From Anthoceros angustus (taxonomy: Eukaryota > Plantae > Anthocerotophyta), in assembly GCA_010909165.1 (NCBI GenBank), contig MU008180.1:309884-373883 (forward strand): a DNA stretch of 64,000 bases, in the 5' to 3' direction. The notes under the pieces were generated by a model, which had not been told where the DNA came from, searched no databases, and saw nothing but the letters and a program-made list of their open reading frames with translations. Below, one piece after another: positions 23,932 through 36,988 of this stretch. Numbering within the stretch: position 1 is the stretch's first letter; each line of letters begins with the position of its first letter. A program made the translations under genes and the position numbers.

Positions 23932-25956
23932 GTTGTCACACTCCTGCTATTGAGGGCTCACGCAGCTGACTAGGCAACAATTAAAGGGTTTAATCGCTTT
24001 CTCCCTCAAGCCGGATTTCAAGCATATATAGACCGGCCGGGGTATAGCCTCGAATCGAATCTCAGGACAAACTCATATACGGTTGCTTAGTTATCGAGAT
24101 TAATATCGTATTCAAAGCGAATGAACCCAAATGCATATTTTGCGCATCGGAGCTAGCTCTTGGACCTCGGGCGACGACTCATATTAATGAATGAATGCCC
24201 GACATTCATTTGCATCTGCAAGCGAGATCATCTCAGTGCTTTTACTCTCCAAGAGATGCATCCATGCGGCAGCAGTATCGCCTTTTCTGTCTGCAAATTC
24301 TGCTCAATCGCGAACGGCGAACACAACGGAATAGAGATTGTCGGGCCGGAGAGCGCCCGTTAGTCAGTCACTGCTCATTATGATTACGCTTTGTGGCAGG
24401 AGTAGAAACAATGGCCTGGGAAGCTTGTGCTGGACCTGCTTTATGAATGCATCATGTGGGGCTGTACGTGCAGGAAACCAAGGCTGGGCAGCCCCAAAGT
24501 TGAAGGACGCAGTGCTGACCAATTCAAAACTGTGTGAATGCAAAGGAGGTACAGCCAAGGATGCATAAGCATGCTGTCTTTATTGTGTTGTTTCAGGTTT
24601 GCTGCTACAATTAAGTTTCATCAGATCCCTCTTGGTTGTGGCCCCTGGGCCCATAAACTTGTATGCCTTGTGTTTGGCTAACTGTAGCTGGTAGTCACGA
24701 TGCGCACCATGCACCAGAAGTGCCGGCTTGTGCATACCGACCTCAGCAACAAACGTTTTTGTACCTTGAGGTGAGCTCTCGCGTGCATTCATGAAAGCCA
24801 AATTAATGTGGGAATTGAGTGTGGCTCAAGTGAGCCTTACTAGATGAATCCCAATCACCGAAGATGGAATGGAGCTGGACACCAATCTGTTGCCCAAACA
24901 TGTCCGTCGAAACATCTCCACATCTGGTTCAGTCCAAGCATACGGCCCTGTACTTACGAAGGGCTTTCTCCTTCCTACCACCTGCCCTGCTGGGAATACC
25001 CCGCCATCATGGCATTCCAAGTCAGCCGGTGCCTGCACGGCTCCCTCTGCTGTGCAGGAACACGCAGATAGCATCCGGCAGGAGTCCGGCTCCAACACCG
25101 GCGTCCGTCACGGCTACGAGGAAGGCGTTCAGATCCGGTGTTCCGAATGGTGGTATCGCTGGGGATGCTGCAGAATCCCTGATGCAGGTTGGCATGTTTC
25201 TGTGGCGGCGTTGGCGACCAAAGGCTTCAATCAATGCCTGGCGAGATTCCTATCATGGGACCTCGGACAGTTGCAAAAATATTACAGTACTAACATTACA
25301 GTACTAACATTGAACAGAAGTATGATCCTGTTACAGCAGATGATTCGCATCGATCACCCAGTCACCGGCCTTGTGAATCTTGCCTGGGATTTACGTTGTT
25401 CAAGGCTTTCATGGTGTTGACAAAGAAATCCAGGTGACATTATCATCTTCTCCACGATCGTCACTCGCGCGTGCACCTTGCCATTGGGAAGCTTGAATCT
25501 CCGTCAGCTCGCTGATCATGACGAACGCCCGCGTTGGAGGAGCGAACGTTGACGATCCGCCCGGTGGACAGGTAACAGACTCTATGCCCAAGTGAACCGC
25601 ACTGGAAGCAGGCGGTGTCATCCACCTTGGCGATGACGATCCCGTGGTTGTCGAGGAAGGAGTGATTTGTGGGTGCCCTGTGTTGCGTTGCGTTCCACTG
25701 CTCGATCATTCCCTTTGCAAAATAGGTCCGCGTTCAAGAAAAGGGAGCTGCACACAGCTATTGAATGATGTGGTCCAATCTCCTCAAGCTTAAGGAAACG
25801 GAGGGAAAATGACGTGTAATAAATCCTGTAAAGGAAACACCCTACCACTCAAACCTCACTGACTGCCTCAAAACGCCTCCCTTACGCTGTACATGCATGG
25901 TGGGGAGAGATCCTCCTTCCGGCCTTGGGGAAAATGCTCCCACAAGGACCGACTGA

Positions 25957-27320
25957 TCAACCAGGATCTATCCTGTGGACGCAGGCAGGGCATCCCCTGC
26001 CGAACAGGGCTTGTATTCGGGCTTCAACTCGTAGGTTCCTTGGTTGGTCCCGCCTTTATTGTATACACAGAGATCCTTCAAAATCTCCTTCAGGAAATTC
26101 TGCCATGAGACAAACTTCGCACATGTGAGAACTAGGATGCCAATTATATTGCAGCAGGTCCGATAGAGATACGCCATACTTACCACGGGCTGATTAGTTT
26201 CCTTGATAAGGTTCTTCAATTCCCAGTTAGGATTCTCTTCGAACAGTTTGAAAACCCTGGCTTCTACATTCGAGGGCTCTCCATGAAACCGCCTCTCTTT
26301 TTTCTTTTGGAGCCTCTCGGCAGCCGTTCAGACCCTGAGGAGATGTACATGCGCTCGTAAGATGCTATGTTACGGACAGTTGCAGACAGTGCTGCATAGG
26401 AGCGCGGTATTGACTGGAAGTGATTCGGAAAGAAAGACAGCTGTAACACCGTACCTCTCCACCCGAAGCTCCAGATTGCGGCCCCATATGCGTGCCATGA
26501 TGATCCTCCAGCATCTGAGGCCAGGGAACATATTTAACATGCATAGACTAGTTATCAGGGCAAAGGTGAAGGAGGTCTCCAATTGCAAGCTGTAAACCTA
26601 CTTGTAAAGTTCGTCTGCCGCTGGCCTTCCTTTGCCTCTCCCGGTAAAGCTTGCCATACTTATTCAAGTCGGTCAGCCCATCGCGCTGCATGTCGAATTT
26701 TCTTGTCACCGTTCCCTCCGCTGCAAGCTTACCTGCAGAGGGTATGCACGCGTCATGCTCAAGAAATTTGACCTCCCACCACAACAGGGGCTCGAAAGTT
26801 GCACCCAACACCAATTCGTCAGCCCAACCAGCCTGCTACCACCCAATTAACAACATTTGGCCATAGCGCATGTTAGCAATTACCGTCAGCTGCCTCAGAA
26901 AATACGCACATCGCGCCAAAGTGCTTCACCGAATTAAGCTCATACTTGGTCGGTGATAACTCTCCATCCTTCCGGGCCGTTAAGGTGTCTTGCACAAGCA
27001 TGGCCAGAGTGAGGTCATCCTCGACGTCTACTCACAGGTCTCTACAACCCTAGTGAACCTAGGGCCCGGAGAGAGCGATGTGGTGTCTGTCATGGCACCT
27101 TTGGAAGAGCCTGAGGTTGAGCAGATCCCAAGCAACAGTCATCCGACCCACTGGCTCTGTGCTTCCTGCATCGCGCCTCTGCTCCCATGACTTCGGCAGC
27201 TCATGATCAGCTGGAACCTTGAGCAAGAAAGCATTGCGCCTGGCCCTTGTAGTATTCAGTTGTATCTCAGGCAGCCGCCGAGGCATCAGTTTCGTCATCG
27301 CTGCCTTGTACACCGGCCAT
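25957..27320 (-). CDS. RAP30: TFIIF beta paralog B, copy 2, with patches of paralog A sequence in its 5' part
   Basis: 3' exons are as in copy 1. A-type patches lie at 26978-27000 and 27054-27083. Confidence 0.7.
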
Positions 27321-30300
27321 GTTGTCACACTCACGCTATTGAGGGGCTCGCAGCTGACTAGGCAACAATTAAAGGGTTTAATCGCTTTCTCCCTCAAGCC
27401 GGATTTCAAGCATATATCGGCTGCGGGCTTAGGACTTCGAAATCAGAATCTCGGACAAAGGCACACACGTATGCTTATCGCGATTCTACCGAAAGTGAAT
27501 GAAACGAACTGCATATATAGGCCGGGGTATAGCCTCGGAATCGAATCTCAGGACAAACTCATATACGGTTGCTTAGTTATCGAGATTAATATCGTATTCA
27601 AAGCGAATGAACCCAAATGCATATTTTGCATCGGAGCTAGCTCTTGGACCTCGGGCGACGCACTCATATTAATGAATGAATGCCCGACATTCATTGCATC
27701 TGCAAGCGAGATCATCTCAGTGCTTTTACTCTCCAAGAGATGCATCCATGCGGCAGCAGTATCGCCTTTTCTGTCTGCAAATTCTGCTCAATCGCGAACG
27801 GAACACAACGGAATAGAGATTGTCGGGCCGGAGCGCCCGTTAGTCAGTCACTGCTCATTATGATTACGCTTTGTGGCAGGAGTAGAAACAATGGCCTGGG
27901 AAGCTTGTGGAGCCCTGCAACATCTCGTCTTGGTGCTCACCAGACGAGCGCACTTTGAGAATGATGCCAAATTTACAGCTTGAGACCAAATTTCAATATG
28001 CGCATAATCCAAATCCTAACAACAACGTACCATTGTCATTGCAGTGAAGTACCGAGGTGATAAAATATTATACTTGTATGTACATAGTTAGAGTGGCAGG
28101 TGCATTTAGTATCCAAAAGTAGGTAAGAATTAGGCTTCGGCGGCGGTCCCATAATGCGCACCATGCACCAGAAGTGCCGGCTTGTGCATACCGACCTCAG
28201 CAAATAAAACGTTTTTGTACCTTGAGGGGCTCACGGCTGTAGGCGACCAGCTGCAGGGAACGATGCAAGGGTTTGTTCGAGCCGGGGTTTTCAAGCATAT
28301 ATCGGCTGCGGGCTTAGGACTTCGAAATCAGAATCTCGGACAAAGGCACACACGTATGCTTATCGCGATTCTACCGAAAGTGAATGAAACGAACTGCATA
28401 TATATTTGGGGCAGCGTCGCTGTCCCCAACTGGAGCTTGAGCGACGCAGTCTGATTACGAAATGAGCCTCCGCGCCAATCTGTAGACACGCGACTCATCT
28501 CAATGCTTTCTCTCCAGAGATGAATCGATGCAGGAGCATGATCGCTTATTCTGTCGGTGAATTCTGCTCCAACTGCCTGATCCTTTGAACTGGAAGGCTA
28601 TAAGGACTGACTCGTTTGAGCTGGAAGGTTGGAAACATGGCTGCGACACCAGAAGGTAACAACGAGATGGCGAATGGAATGACAGACTGGCTCAGGGTGA
28701 TGGAAGGCTCAGGCTGAGGACTTTCCAGGTGAGCTCTCGTGCATTCATGAAAGCCAAATTAATGTGGGGAATTGAGTGTGGCTCAAGTGAGCCTTACTAG
28801 ATGAATCCCAATCACCGAAGATGGAATGGAGCTGGACACCAATCTGTAGACACGCGACTCATCTCAATGCTTTCTCTCCAGAGATGAATCGATGCAGGAG
28901 CATGATCGCTTATTCTGTCGGTGAATTCTGCTCCAACTGCCTGATCCTTTGAACTGGAAGGCTATAAGGACTGACTCGTTTGAGCTGGAAGGTTGGAAAC
29001 ATGGCTGCGACACCAGAAGGTAACAACGAGATGGCGAATGGAATGACAGACTGGCTCAGGGTGATGGAAGGCTCAGGCTGAGGACTTTCCAGGTGAGCTG
29101 GGAGGAGGTGAAATGGGAGTGGAACACGGATGAGAAAGCCTACCCTTGTCCAATTTCGATCGAGCTGAGTTCTGCAGGTCTCATTGCATAAATTCAAGAC
29201 CTGGGACTGTACCATATTCTTAGTCACTGTGCTTCCAATTGCAAGCAAAGAGCTGGGGAACTAAGACAACGGAGGCTAGGGTTCCAATCATTCTCGATTC
29301 TTGTTACAAGTGTGTTCAAGTTGGCTCTTGTGTAGGAGGATGGGGAGGAAGGGGAACATGCTGGTGGTCGGGGACTCCATCAATTCAACCAGGAGGTGTT
29401 CGTGATTTTGGTGAACCACATCGTGGTAAGCAAACCAATTAGGTGGAGAGCGCCCTTGACCTCGGGAGTGTGGCACATAGCTGGGACATCATCAGGTCTG
29501 CAAAGATGTGCTTGGGGACAGGGATTCCGCGTGGAGAATGTAGAGATGACAGACTAGACTGTCTGTCATCCAGTGGATGGACGAGGACAAGGTCAAGCAA
29601 TCACATGGAGTATCCATGGATCAAGCTTGTGGAGCCCTGCAACATCTCGTCTTGGTGCTCACCAGACGAGCGCACTTTGAGAATGATGCCAAATTTACAG
29701 CTTGAGACCAAATTTCAATATGCGCATAATCCAAATCCTAACAACAACGTACCATTGTCATTGCAGTGAAGTACCGAGGTGATAAAATATTATACTTGTA
29801 TGTACATAGTTAGAGTGGCAGGTGCATTTAGTATCCAAAAGTAGGTAAGAATTAGGCTTCGGCGGCGGTCCCATAATGCGCACCATCAAGGCCGCGCGAA
29901 ACGAAACGTCTCAGTATCGTCTCAAGCTCCTTCCTACCACCTGCCCTGCTGGGGAATACCCCGCCATCATGGCATTCCAAGTCAGCCGGTGCCTGCACGG
30001 CTCCCTCTGCTGTGCAGGAACACGCAGATAGCATCCGGCAGGAGTCCGGCTCCAACACCGGCGTCCGTCACGGCTACGAGGAAGGCGTTCAGATCCGGTG
30101 TTCCGAATGGTGGTATCGCTGGGGATGCTGCAGAATCCCTGATGCAGGTTGGCATGTTTCTGTGGCGGCGTTGGCGACCAAAGGCTTCAATCAATGCCTG
30201 GCGAGATTCCTATCATGGGACCTCGGACAGTTGCAAAAATATTATACTTGTATGTACATAGTTAGAGTGGCAGGTGCATTTAGTATCCAAAAGTAGGTAA

Positions 30301-33300
30301 GAATTAGGCTTCGGCGGCGGTCCCATAATGCGCACCATCAAGGCCGCGCGAAACGAAACGTCTCAGTATCGTCTCAAGCTCCTTCCTCAGCATCTCCTTC
30401 TGCATTCTCTGCATCCATCGATTCGCTTGAAGCCGGAATGGATATGGACGGTGCCGCAACTGCTGGGGCCAAAGGGATTGGGACTCGGCTGATGCTGCCG
30501 GGGAAATCCGATACACGCAGTCCAGGATTTCGACGGTCTTCTCAAGAGGAAAGCGCTCTCCGCTTGCTCCACTTTGCGGGACTTGCTGGAGGCTTCGGCG
30601 TGGAGACTTGGCTGTGACAGACGTGTCCCCGATCCGTGTGGTGATGAAGGCGTCCCCTACAGCCTGGACAACAGGAGGCTTTGGGTGTTCAAGGCTTTCA
30701 TGGTGTTGACAAAGAAATCCAGGTGACATTATCATCTTCTCCACGATCGTCACTCGCGTGCACCTTGCCATTGGGAAGCTTGAATCTCCGTCAGCTCGCT
30801 GATCATGACGAACGCCCGCGTTGGAGGAGCGAACGTTGACGATCCGCCCGGTGGACAGGTAACAGACTCTATGCCCAAGTGAACCGCACTGGAAGCAGGC
30901 GGTGTCATCCAGTGGATGGACGAGGACAAGGTCAAGCAATCACATGGAGTATCCATGGATCAAGCTTGTGGAGCCCTGCAACATCTCGTCTTGGTGCTCA
31001 CCAGACGAGCGCACTTTGAGAATGATGCCAAATTTACAGCTTGAGACCAAATTTCAATATGCGCATAATCCAAATCCTAACAACAACGTACCATTGTCAT
31101 TGCAGTGAAGTACCGAGGTGATAAAATATTATACTTGTATGTACATAGTTAGAGTGGCAGGTGCATTTAGTATCCAAAAGTAGGTAAGAATTAGGCTTCG
31201 GCGGCGGTCCCATAATGCGCACCATCAAGGCCGCGCGAAACGAAACGTCTCAGTATCGTCTCAAGCTCCTTCCTCAGCATCTCCTTCTGCATTCTCTGCA
31301 TCCATCGATTCGCTTGAAGCCGGAATGGATATGGACGGTGCCGCAACTGCTGGGGCCAAAGGGATTGGGACTCGGCTGATGCTGCCGGGGAAATCCGATA
31401 CACGCAGTCCAGGATTTCGACGGTCTTCTCAAGCGCTCTCCGCTTGCTCCACTTTGCGGGACTTGCTGGAGAGGCTTCGGCGTGGAGACTTGGCTGTGAC
31501 AGACGTGTCCCCGATCCGTGTGGTGATGCACGAAGGCGTCCCCTACAGCCTGGACAACAGGAGGCTTTGGGTGTTCAAGGCTTTCATGGTGTTGACAAAG
31601 AAATCCAGGTGACATTATCATCTTCTCCACGATCGTCACTCGCGTGCACCTTGCCATTGGGAAGCTTGAATCTCCGTCAGCTCGCTGATCATGACGAACG
31701 CCCGCGTTGGAGGAGCGAACGTTGACGATCCGCCCGGTGGACAGGTAACAGACTCTATGCCCAAGTGAACCGCACTGGAAGCAGGCGGTGTCATCCAGTG
31801 GATGGACGAGGACAAGGTCAAGCAATCACATGGAGTATCCATGGATCAAGCTTGTGGAGCCCTGCAACATCTCGTCTTGGTGCTCACCAGACGAGCGCAC
31901 TTTGAGAATGATGCCAAATTTACAGCTTGAGACCAAATTTCAATATGCGCATAATCCAAATCCTAACAACAACGTACCATTGTCATTGCAGTGAAGTACC
32001 GAGGTGATAAAATATTATACTTGTATGTACATAGTTAGAGTGGCAGGTGCATTTAGTATCCAAAAGTAGGTAAGAATTAGGCTTCGGCGGCGGTCCCATA
32101 ATGCGCACCATCAAGGCCGCGCGAAACGAAACGTCTCAGTATCGTCTCAAGCTCCTTCCTCAGCATCTCCTTCTGCATTCTCTGCATCCATCGATTCGCT
32201 TGAAGCCGGAATGGATATGGACGGTGCCGCAACTGCTGGGGCCAAAGGGATTGGGACTCGGCTGATGCTGCCGGGGAAATCCGATACACGCAGTCCAGGA
32301 TTTCGACGGTCTTCTCAAGCGCTCTCCGCTTGCTCCACTTTGCGGGACTTGCTGGAGAGGCTTCGGCGTGGAGACTTGGCTGTGACAGACGTGTCCCCGA
32401 TCCGTGTGGTGATGCACGAAGGCGTCCCCTACAGCCTGGACAACAGGAGGCTTTGGGTGTTCAAGGAGCTCGGAAGCCCATTCCGGTGAAAGTCCTCTCC
32501 TTGGAGGAGTGCGGAAGGAGTGATTTGTGGGTGCCCCTGTGTTGCGTTGCGTTCCACTGCTCGATCATTCCCTTTGCAAAATAGGTCCGCGTTCAAGAAA
32601 AGGGAGCTGCACACAGCTATTGAATGATGTGGTCCAATCTCCTCAAGCTTAAGGAAACGGAGGGAAAATGACGTGTAATAAATCCTGTAAAGGAAACACC
32701 CTACCACTCAAACCTCACTGACTGCCTCAAAACGCCTCCCTTACGCTGTACATGCATGGTGGGGAGAGATCCTCCTTCCGGCCTTGGGAAAATGCTCCCA
32801 CAAGGACCGACTGATCAACCAGGAGGTGTTCGTGATTTTGGTGAACCACATCGTGGTAAGCAAACCAATTAGGTGGAGAGCGCCCTTGACCTCGGGAGTG
32901 TGGCACATAGCTGGGACATCATCAGGTCTGCAAAGATGTGCTTGGGGACAGGGATTCCGCGTGGAGAATGAGATGACAGACTAGACTGTCTGTCATCCAG
33001 TGGATGGACGAGGACAAGGTCAAGCAATCACATGGAGTATCCATGGATCAAGCTTGTGGAGCCCTGCAACATCTCGTCTTGGTGCTCACCAGACGAGCGC
33101 ACTTTGAGAATGATGCCAAATTTACAGCTTGAGACCAAATTTCAATATGCGCATAATCCAAATCCTAACAACAACGTACCATTGTCATTGCAGTGAAGTA
33201 CCGAGGTGATAAAATATTATACTTGTATGTACATAGTTAGAGTGGCAGGTGCATTTAGTATCCAAAAGTAGGTAAGAATTAGGCTTCGGCGGCGGTCCCA

Positions 33301-34724
33301 TAATGCGCACCATCAAGGCCGCGCGAAACGAAACGTCTCAGTATCGTCTCAAGCTCCTTCCTCAGCATCTCCTTCAGGAAATTCTGCCATGAGACAAACT
33401 TCGCACATGTGAGAACTAGGATGCCAATTATATTGCAGCAGGTCCGATAGAGATACGCCATACTTACCACGGGCTGATTAGTTTCCTTGATAAGGTTCTT
33501 CAATTCCCAGTTAGGATTCTCTTCGAACAGTTTGAAAACCCTGGCTTCTACATTCGAGGGCTCTCCGCTTGCTCCACTTTGCGGGACTTGCTGGAGAGGC
33601 TTCGGCGTGAGACTTGGCTGTGACAGACGTGTCCCCGATCCGTGTGGTGATGCACGAAGGCGTCCCCTACAGCCTGGACAACAGGAGGCTTTGGGTGTTC
33701 AAGGAGCTCGGAAGCCCATTCCGGTGAAAGTCCTCTCCTTGGAGTGCGGGAAGGAGTTCTTCCAAAAGTGGGACTCCAAATCCTCGGGGAACAGCGTGTC
33801 GCTCAACGAGGAGTGGGATCGGAAGGAGAAGTTTCACCCAACGCAGATGGTGAACCATATCCTGAGCTGGTCGCTGGAGAACGTGCAGACAAAGTGGCTG
33901 CACGTGAACAAGGTAGTGGTTTGGATTGGTGTAATGAGGTTGTGTGAAGTAGGAGAAACGGGTCTGATCATGCTGGTTTGAGGACTGAGTGTTGGGTTTG
34001 GTGTGCTGTGCACTCTGGGTGGCACAGGCAAAGCCGATTGGACTCACGTTCGACTCCATGGAGCAGTATGTGACGGGCTTTAAGTGGCCTCTGCTGGAGG
34101 AGACAAGGGCGCCATTCAACAGCAGCTGGAGGAAATCAGCCGCGCCCGATTCCATGTCTCGGGCCGACAACTCGCGATCGGACATGCTGCTGGTAGTCAT
34201 GACGCTCGATTGAAAACACTTGAGCTCGAGGTGTCAGGAGGGACTTACCAACCCAGAAGCAACGATCTGGTTCTGTTCTCAACAGTAGACCCAAAGGGTC
34301 TTCATGCCCTTCATAGGGCGTCCCACATGTTTGGCTTCCTTAGGCGTAAGGTGAGCAAGCTTGGAGGCTGTCAAGGTAACTTGCATTTCAAGACTGTAGT
34401 ATATGCACCGGATGAGAGTCCGGAGTATGCTGCTCTGCGGGATGGCAAGGCAACATGGACCATTCTCCACATCACCAACTTAGCTACGACTATTAGGATT
34501 GGGACAGTTTGGAGCTACTGTATCGTAATTCTAAATCTGAAGTACTTGCATTACCAGTACTGCAAGATATTCTCCAGGCGGACTATAACTGCTCGGTATG
34601 CTTTACACCGTATGGGATAATCTCGTGGTGGTTCTGAAGTCTGGAGGTCATTCTATTTTCTTATCACATGAACTTACATTACTGTTATCATGGCTCACTG
34701 CAGTTTGTTATCAGCTTGCAGACA
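26970..34724 (+). other. Scrambled block made of interleaved fragments of the repeat unit joined at 9-13-bp microhomologies
   Basis: Every segment I traced maps to unit positions equivalent to paralog A or 12.6-18.7 kb; junctions are listed in the findings. Confidence 0.9.
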
Positions 34725-35678
34725 GTGCTGCATAGGAGCGCGGTATTGACTGGAAGTGATTCGGAAAGAAAGACAGCTGTAACACCGTACCTCTCCACCC
34801 GAAGCTCCAGATTGCGGCCCCATATGCGTGCCATGATGATCCTCCAGCATCTGAGGCCAGGGAACATATTTAACATGCATAGACTAGTTATCAGGGCAAA
34901 GGTGAAGGAGGTCTCCAATTGCAAGCTGTAAACCTACTTGTAAAGTTCGTCTGCCGCTGGCCTTCCTTTGCCTCTCCCGGTAAAGCTTGCCATACTTATT
35001 CAAGTCGGTCAGCCCATCGCGCTGCATGTCGAATTTTCTTGTCACCGTTCCCTCCGCTGCAAGCTTACCTGCAGAGGGTATGCACGCGTCATGCTCAAGA
35101 ATTTGACCTCCCACCACAACAGGGGCTCGAAAGTTGCACCCAACACCAATTCGTCAGCCCAACCAGCCTGCTACCACCCAATTAACAACATTTGGCCATA
35201 GCGCATGTTAGCAATTACCGTCAGCTGCCTCAGAAAATACGCACATCGCGCCAAAGTGCTTCACCGAATTAAGCTCATACTTGGTCGGTGATAACTCTCC
35301 ATCCTTCCGGGCACCTGCAAGGAATACTGCGCAAGCATGGCCAGAGTGAGGTCATCCTCGACGTCTACTCACAGGTCTCTACAACCCTAGCTAAACAAAC
35401 CGCGCCGATAGCTGGGAGCGAGCGGGAATGCGATGTGGTGTCTGTCATGGCACCTTTGGAAGAGCCTGAGGGTTGAGCAGATCCCAAGCAACAGTCATCC
35501 GACCCACTGGCTCTGTGCTTCCTGCATCGCGCCTCTGCTCCCATGACTTCGGCAGCTCATGATCAGCTGGAACCTTGAGCAAGAAAGCATTGCGCCTGGC
35601 CCTTGTAGTATTCAGTTGTATCTCAGGCAGCCGCCGAGGCACATCAGTTTCGTCATCGCTGCCTTGTACACCGGCCAT
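34716..35678 (-). CDS. RAP30: TFIIF beta paralog B, 5' and middle exons only; the one copy with an in-frame N-terminus (MAGVQGSDDETDVPRRLPEIQLNTTR)
   Basis: ORF 35445-35678; the 3' exons are lost at the junction at 34716-34724. Confidence 0.7.
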
Positions 35679-36988
35679 GTTGTCTCGCTGTGAGACCTTG
35701 AGGGCTCACGGCTGTAGGCGACCAGCTGCAGGGAACGATGCAAGGGTTTTGTTCGAGCCGGGGTTTTCAAGCATATATCGGCTGCGGGCTTAGGACTTCG
35801 AAATCAGAATCTCGGACAAAGGCACACACGTATGCTTATCGCGATTCTACCGAAAGTGAATGAAACGAACTGCATATATATTTGGGCAGCGTCGCTGTCC
35901 CCTAACTGAGCTTGAGCGACGCAGTCTGATTACGAAATGAGCCTCCCGCGCCAATCTGTAGACACGCGACTCATCTCAATGCTTTCTCTCCAGAGATGAA
36001 TCGATGCAGGAGCATGATCGCTTATTCTGTCGGTGAATTCTGCTCCAACTGCCTGATCCTTTGAACTGGAAGGCTATAAGGACTGACTCGTTTGAGCTGG
36101 AAGGTTGGAAACATGGCTGCGACACCAGAAGGTAACAACGAGATGGCGAATGGAATGACAGACTGGCTCAGGGTGATGGAAGGCTCAGGCTGAGGACTTT
36201 CCAGGTGAGCTGGGAGGAGGTGAAATGGGAGTGGAACACGGATGAGAAAGCCTACCCTTGTCCAATTTCGATCGAGCTGAGTTCTGCAGGTCTCATTGCA
36301 TAAATTCAAGACCTGGGACTGTACCATATTCTTAGTCACTGTGCTTCCAATTGCAAGCAAAGAGCTGGGGAACTAAGACAACGGAGGCTAGGGTTCCAAT
36401 CATTCTCGATTCTTGTTACAAGTGTGTTCAAGTTGGCTCTTGTGTAGGAGGATGGGGAGGAAGGGGAACATGCTGGTGGTCGGGGACTCCATCAATTCAA
36501 CCAGGAGGTGTTCGTGATTTTGGTGAACCACATCGTGGTAAGCAAACCAATTAGGTGGAGAGCGCCCTTGACCTCGGGAGTGTGGCACATAGCTGGGACA
36601 TCATCAGGTCTGCAAAGATGTGCTTGGGGACAGGGATTCCGCGTGGAGAATGTAAGAGATGACAGACTAGACTGTCTGTCATCCAGTGGATGGACGAGGA
36701 CAAGGTCAAGCAATCACATGGAGTATCCATGGATCAAGCTTGTGGAGCCCTGCAACATCTCGTCTTGGTGCTCACCAGACGAGCGCACTTTGAGAATGAT
36801 GCCAAATTTACAGCTTGAGACCAAATTTCAATATGCGCATAATCCAAATCCTAACAACAACGTACCATTGTCATTGCAGTGAAGTACCGAGGTGATAAAA
36901 TATTATACTTGTATGTACATAGTTAGAGTGGCAGGTGCATTTAGTATCCAAAAGTAGGTAAGAATTAGGCTTCGGCGGCGGTCCCATA

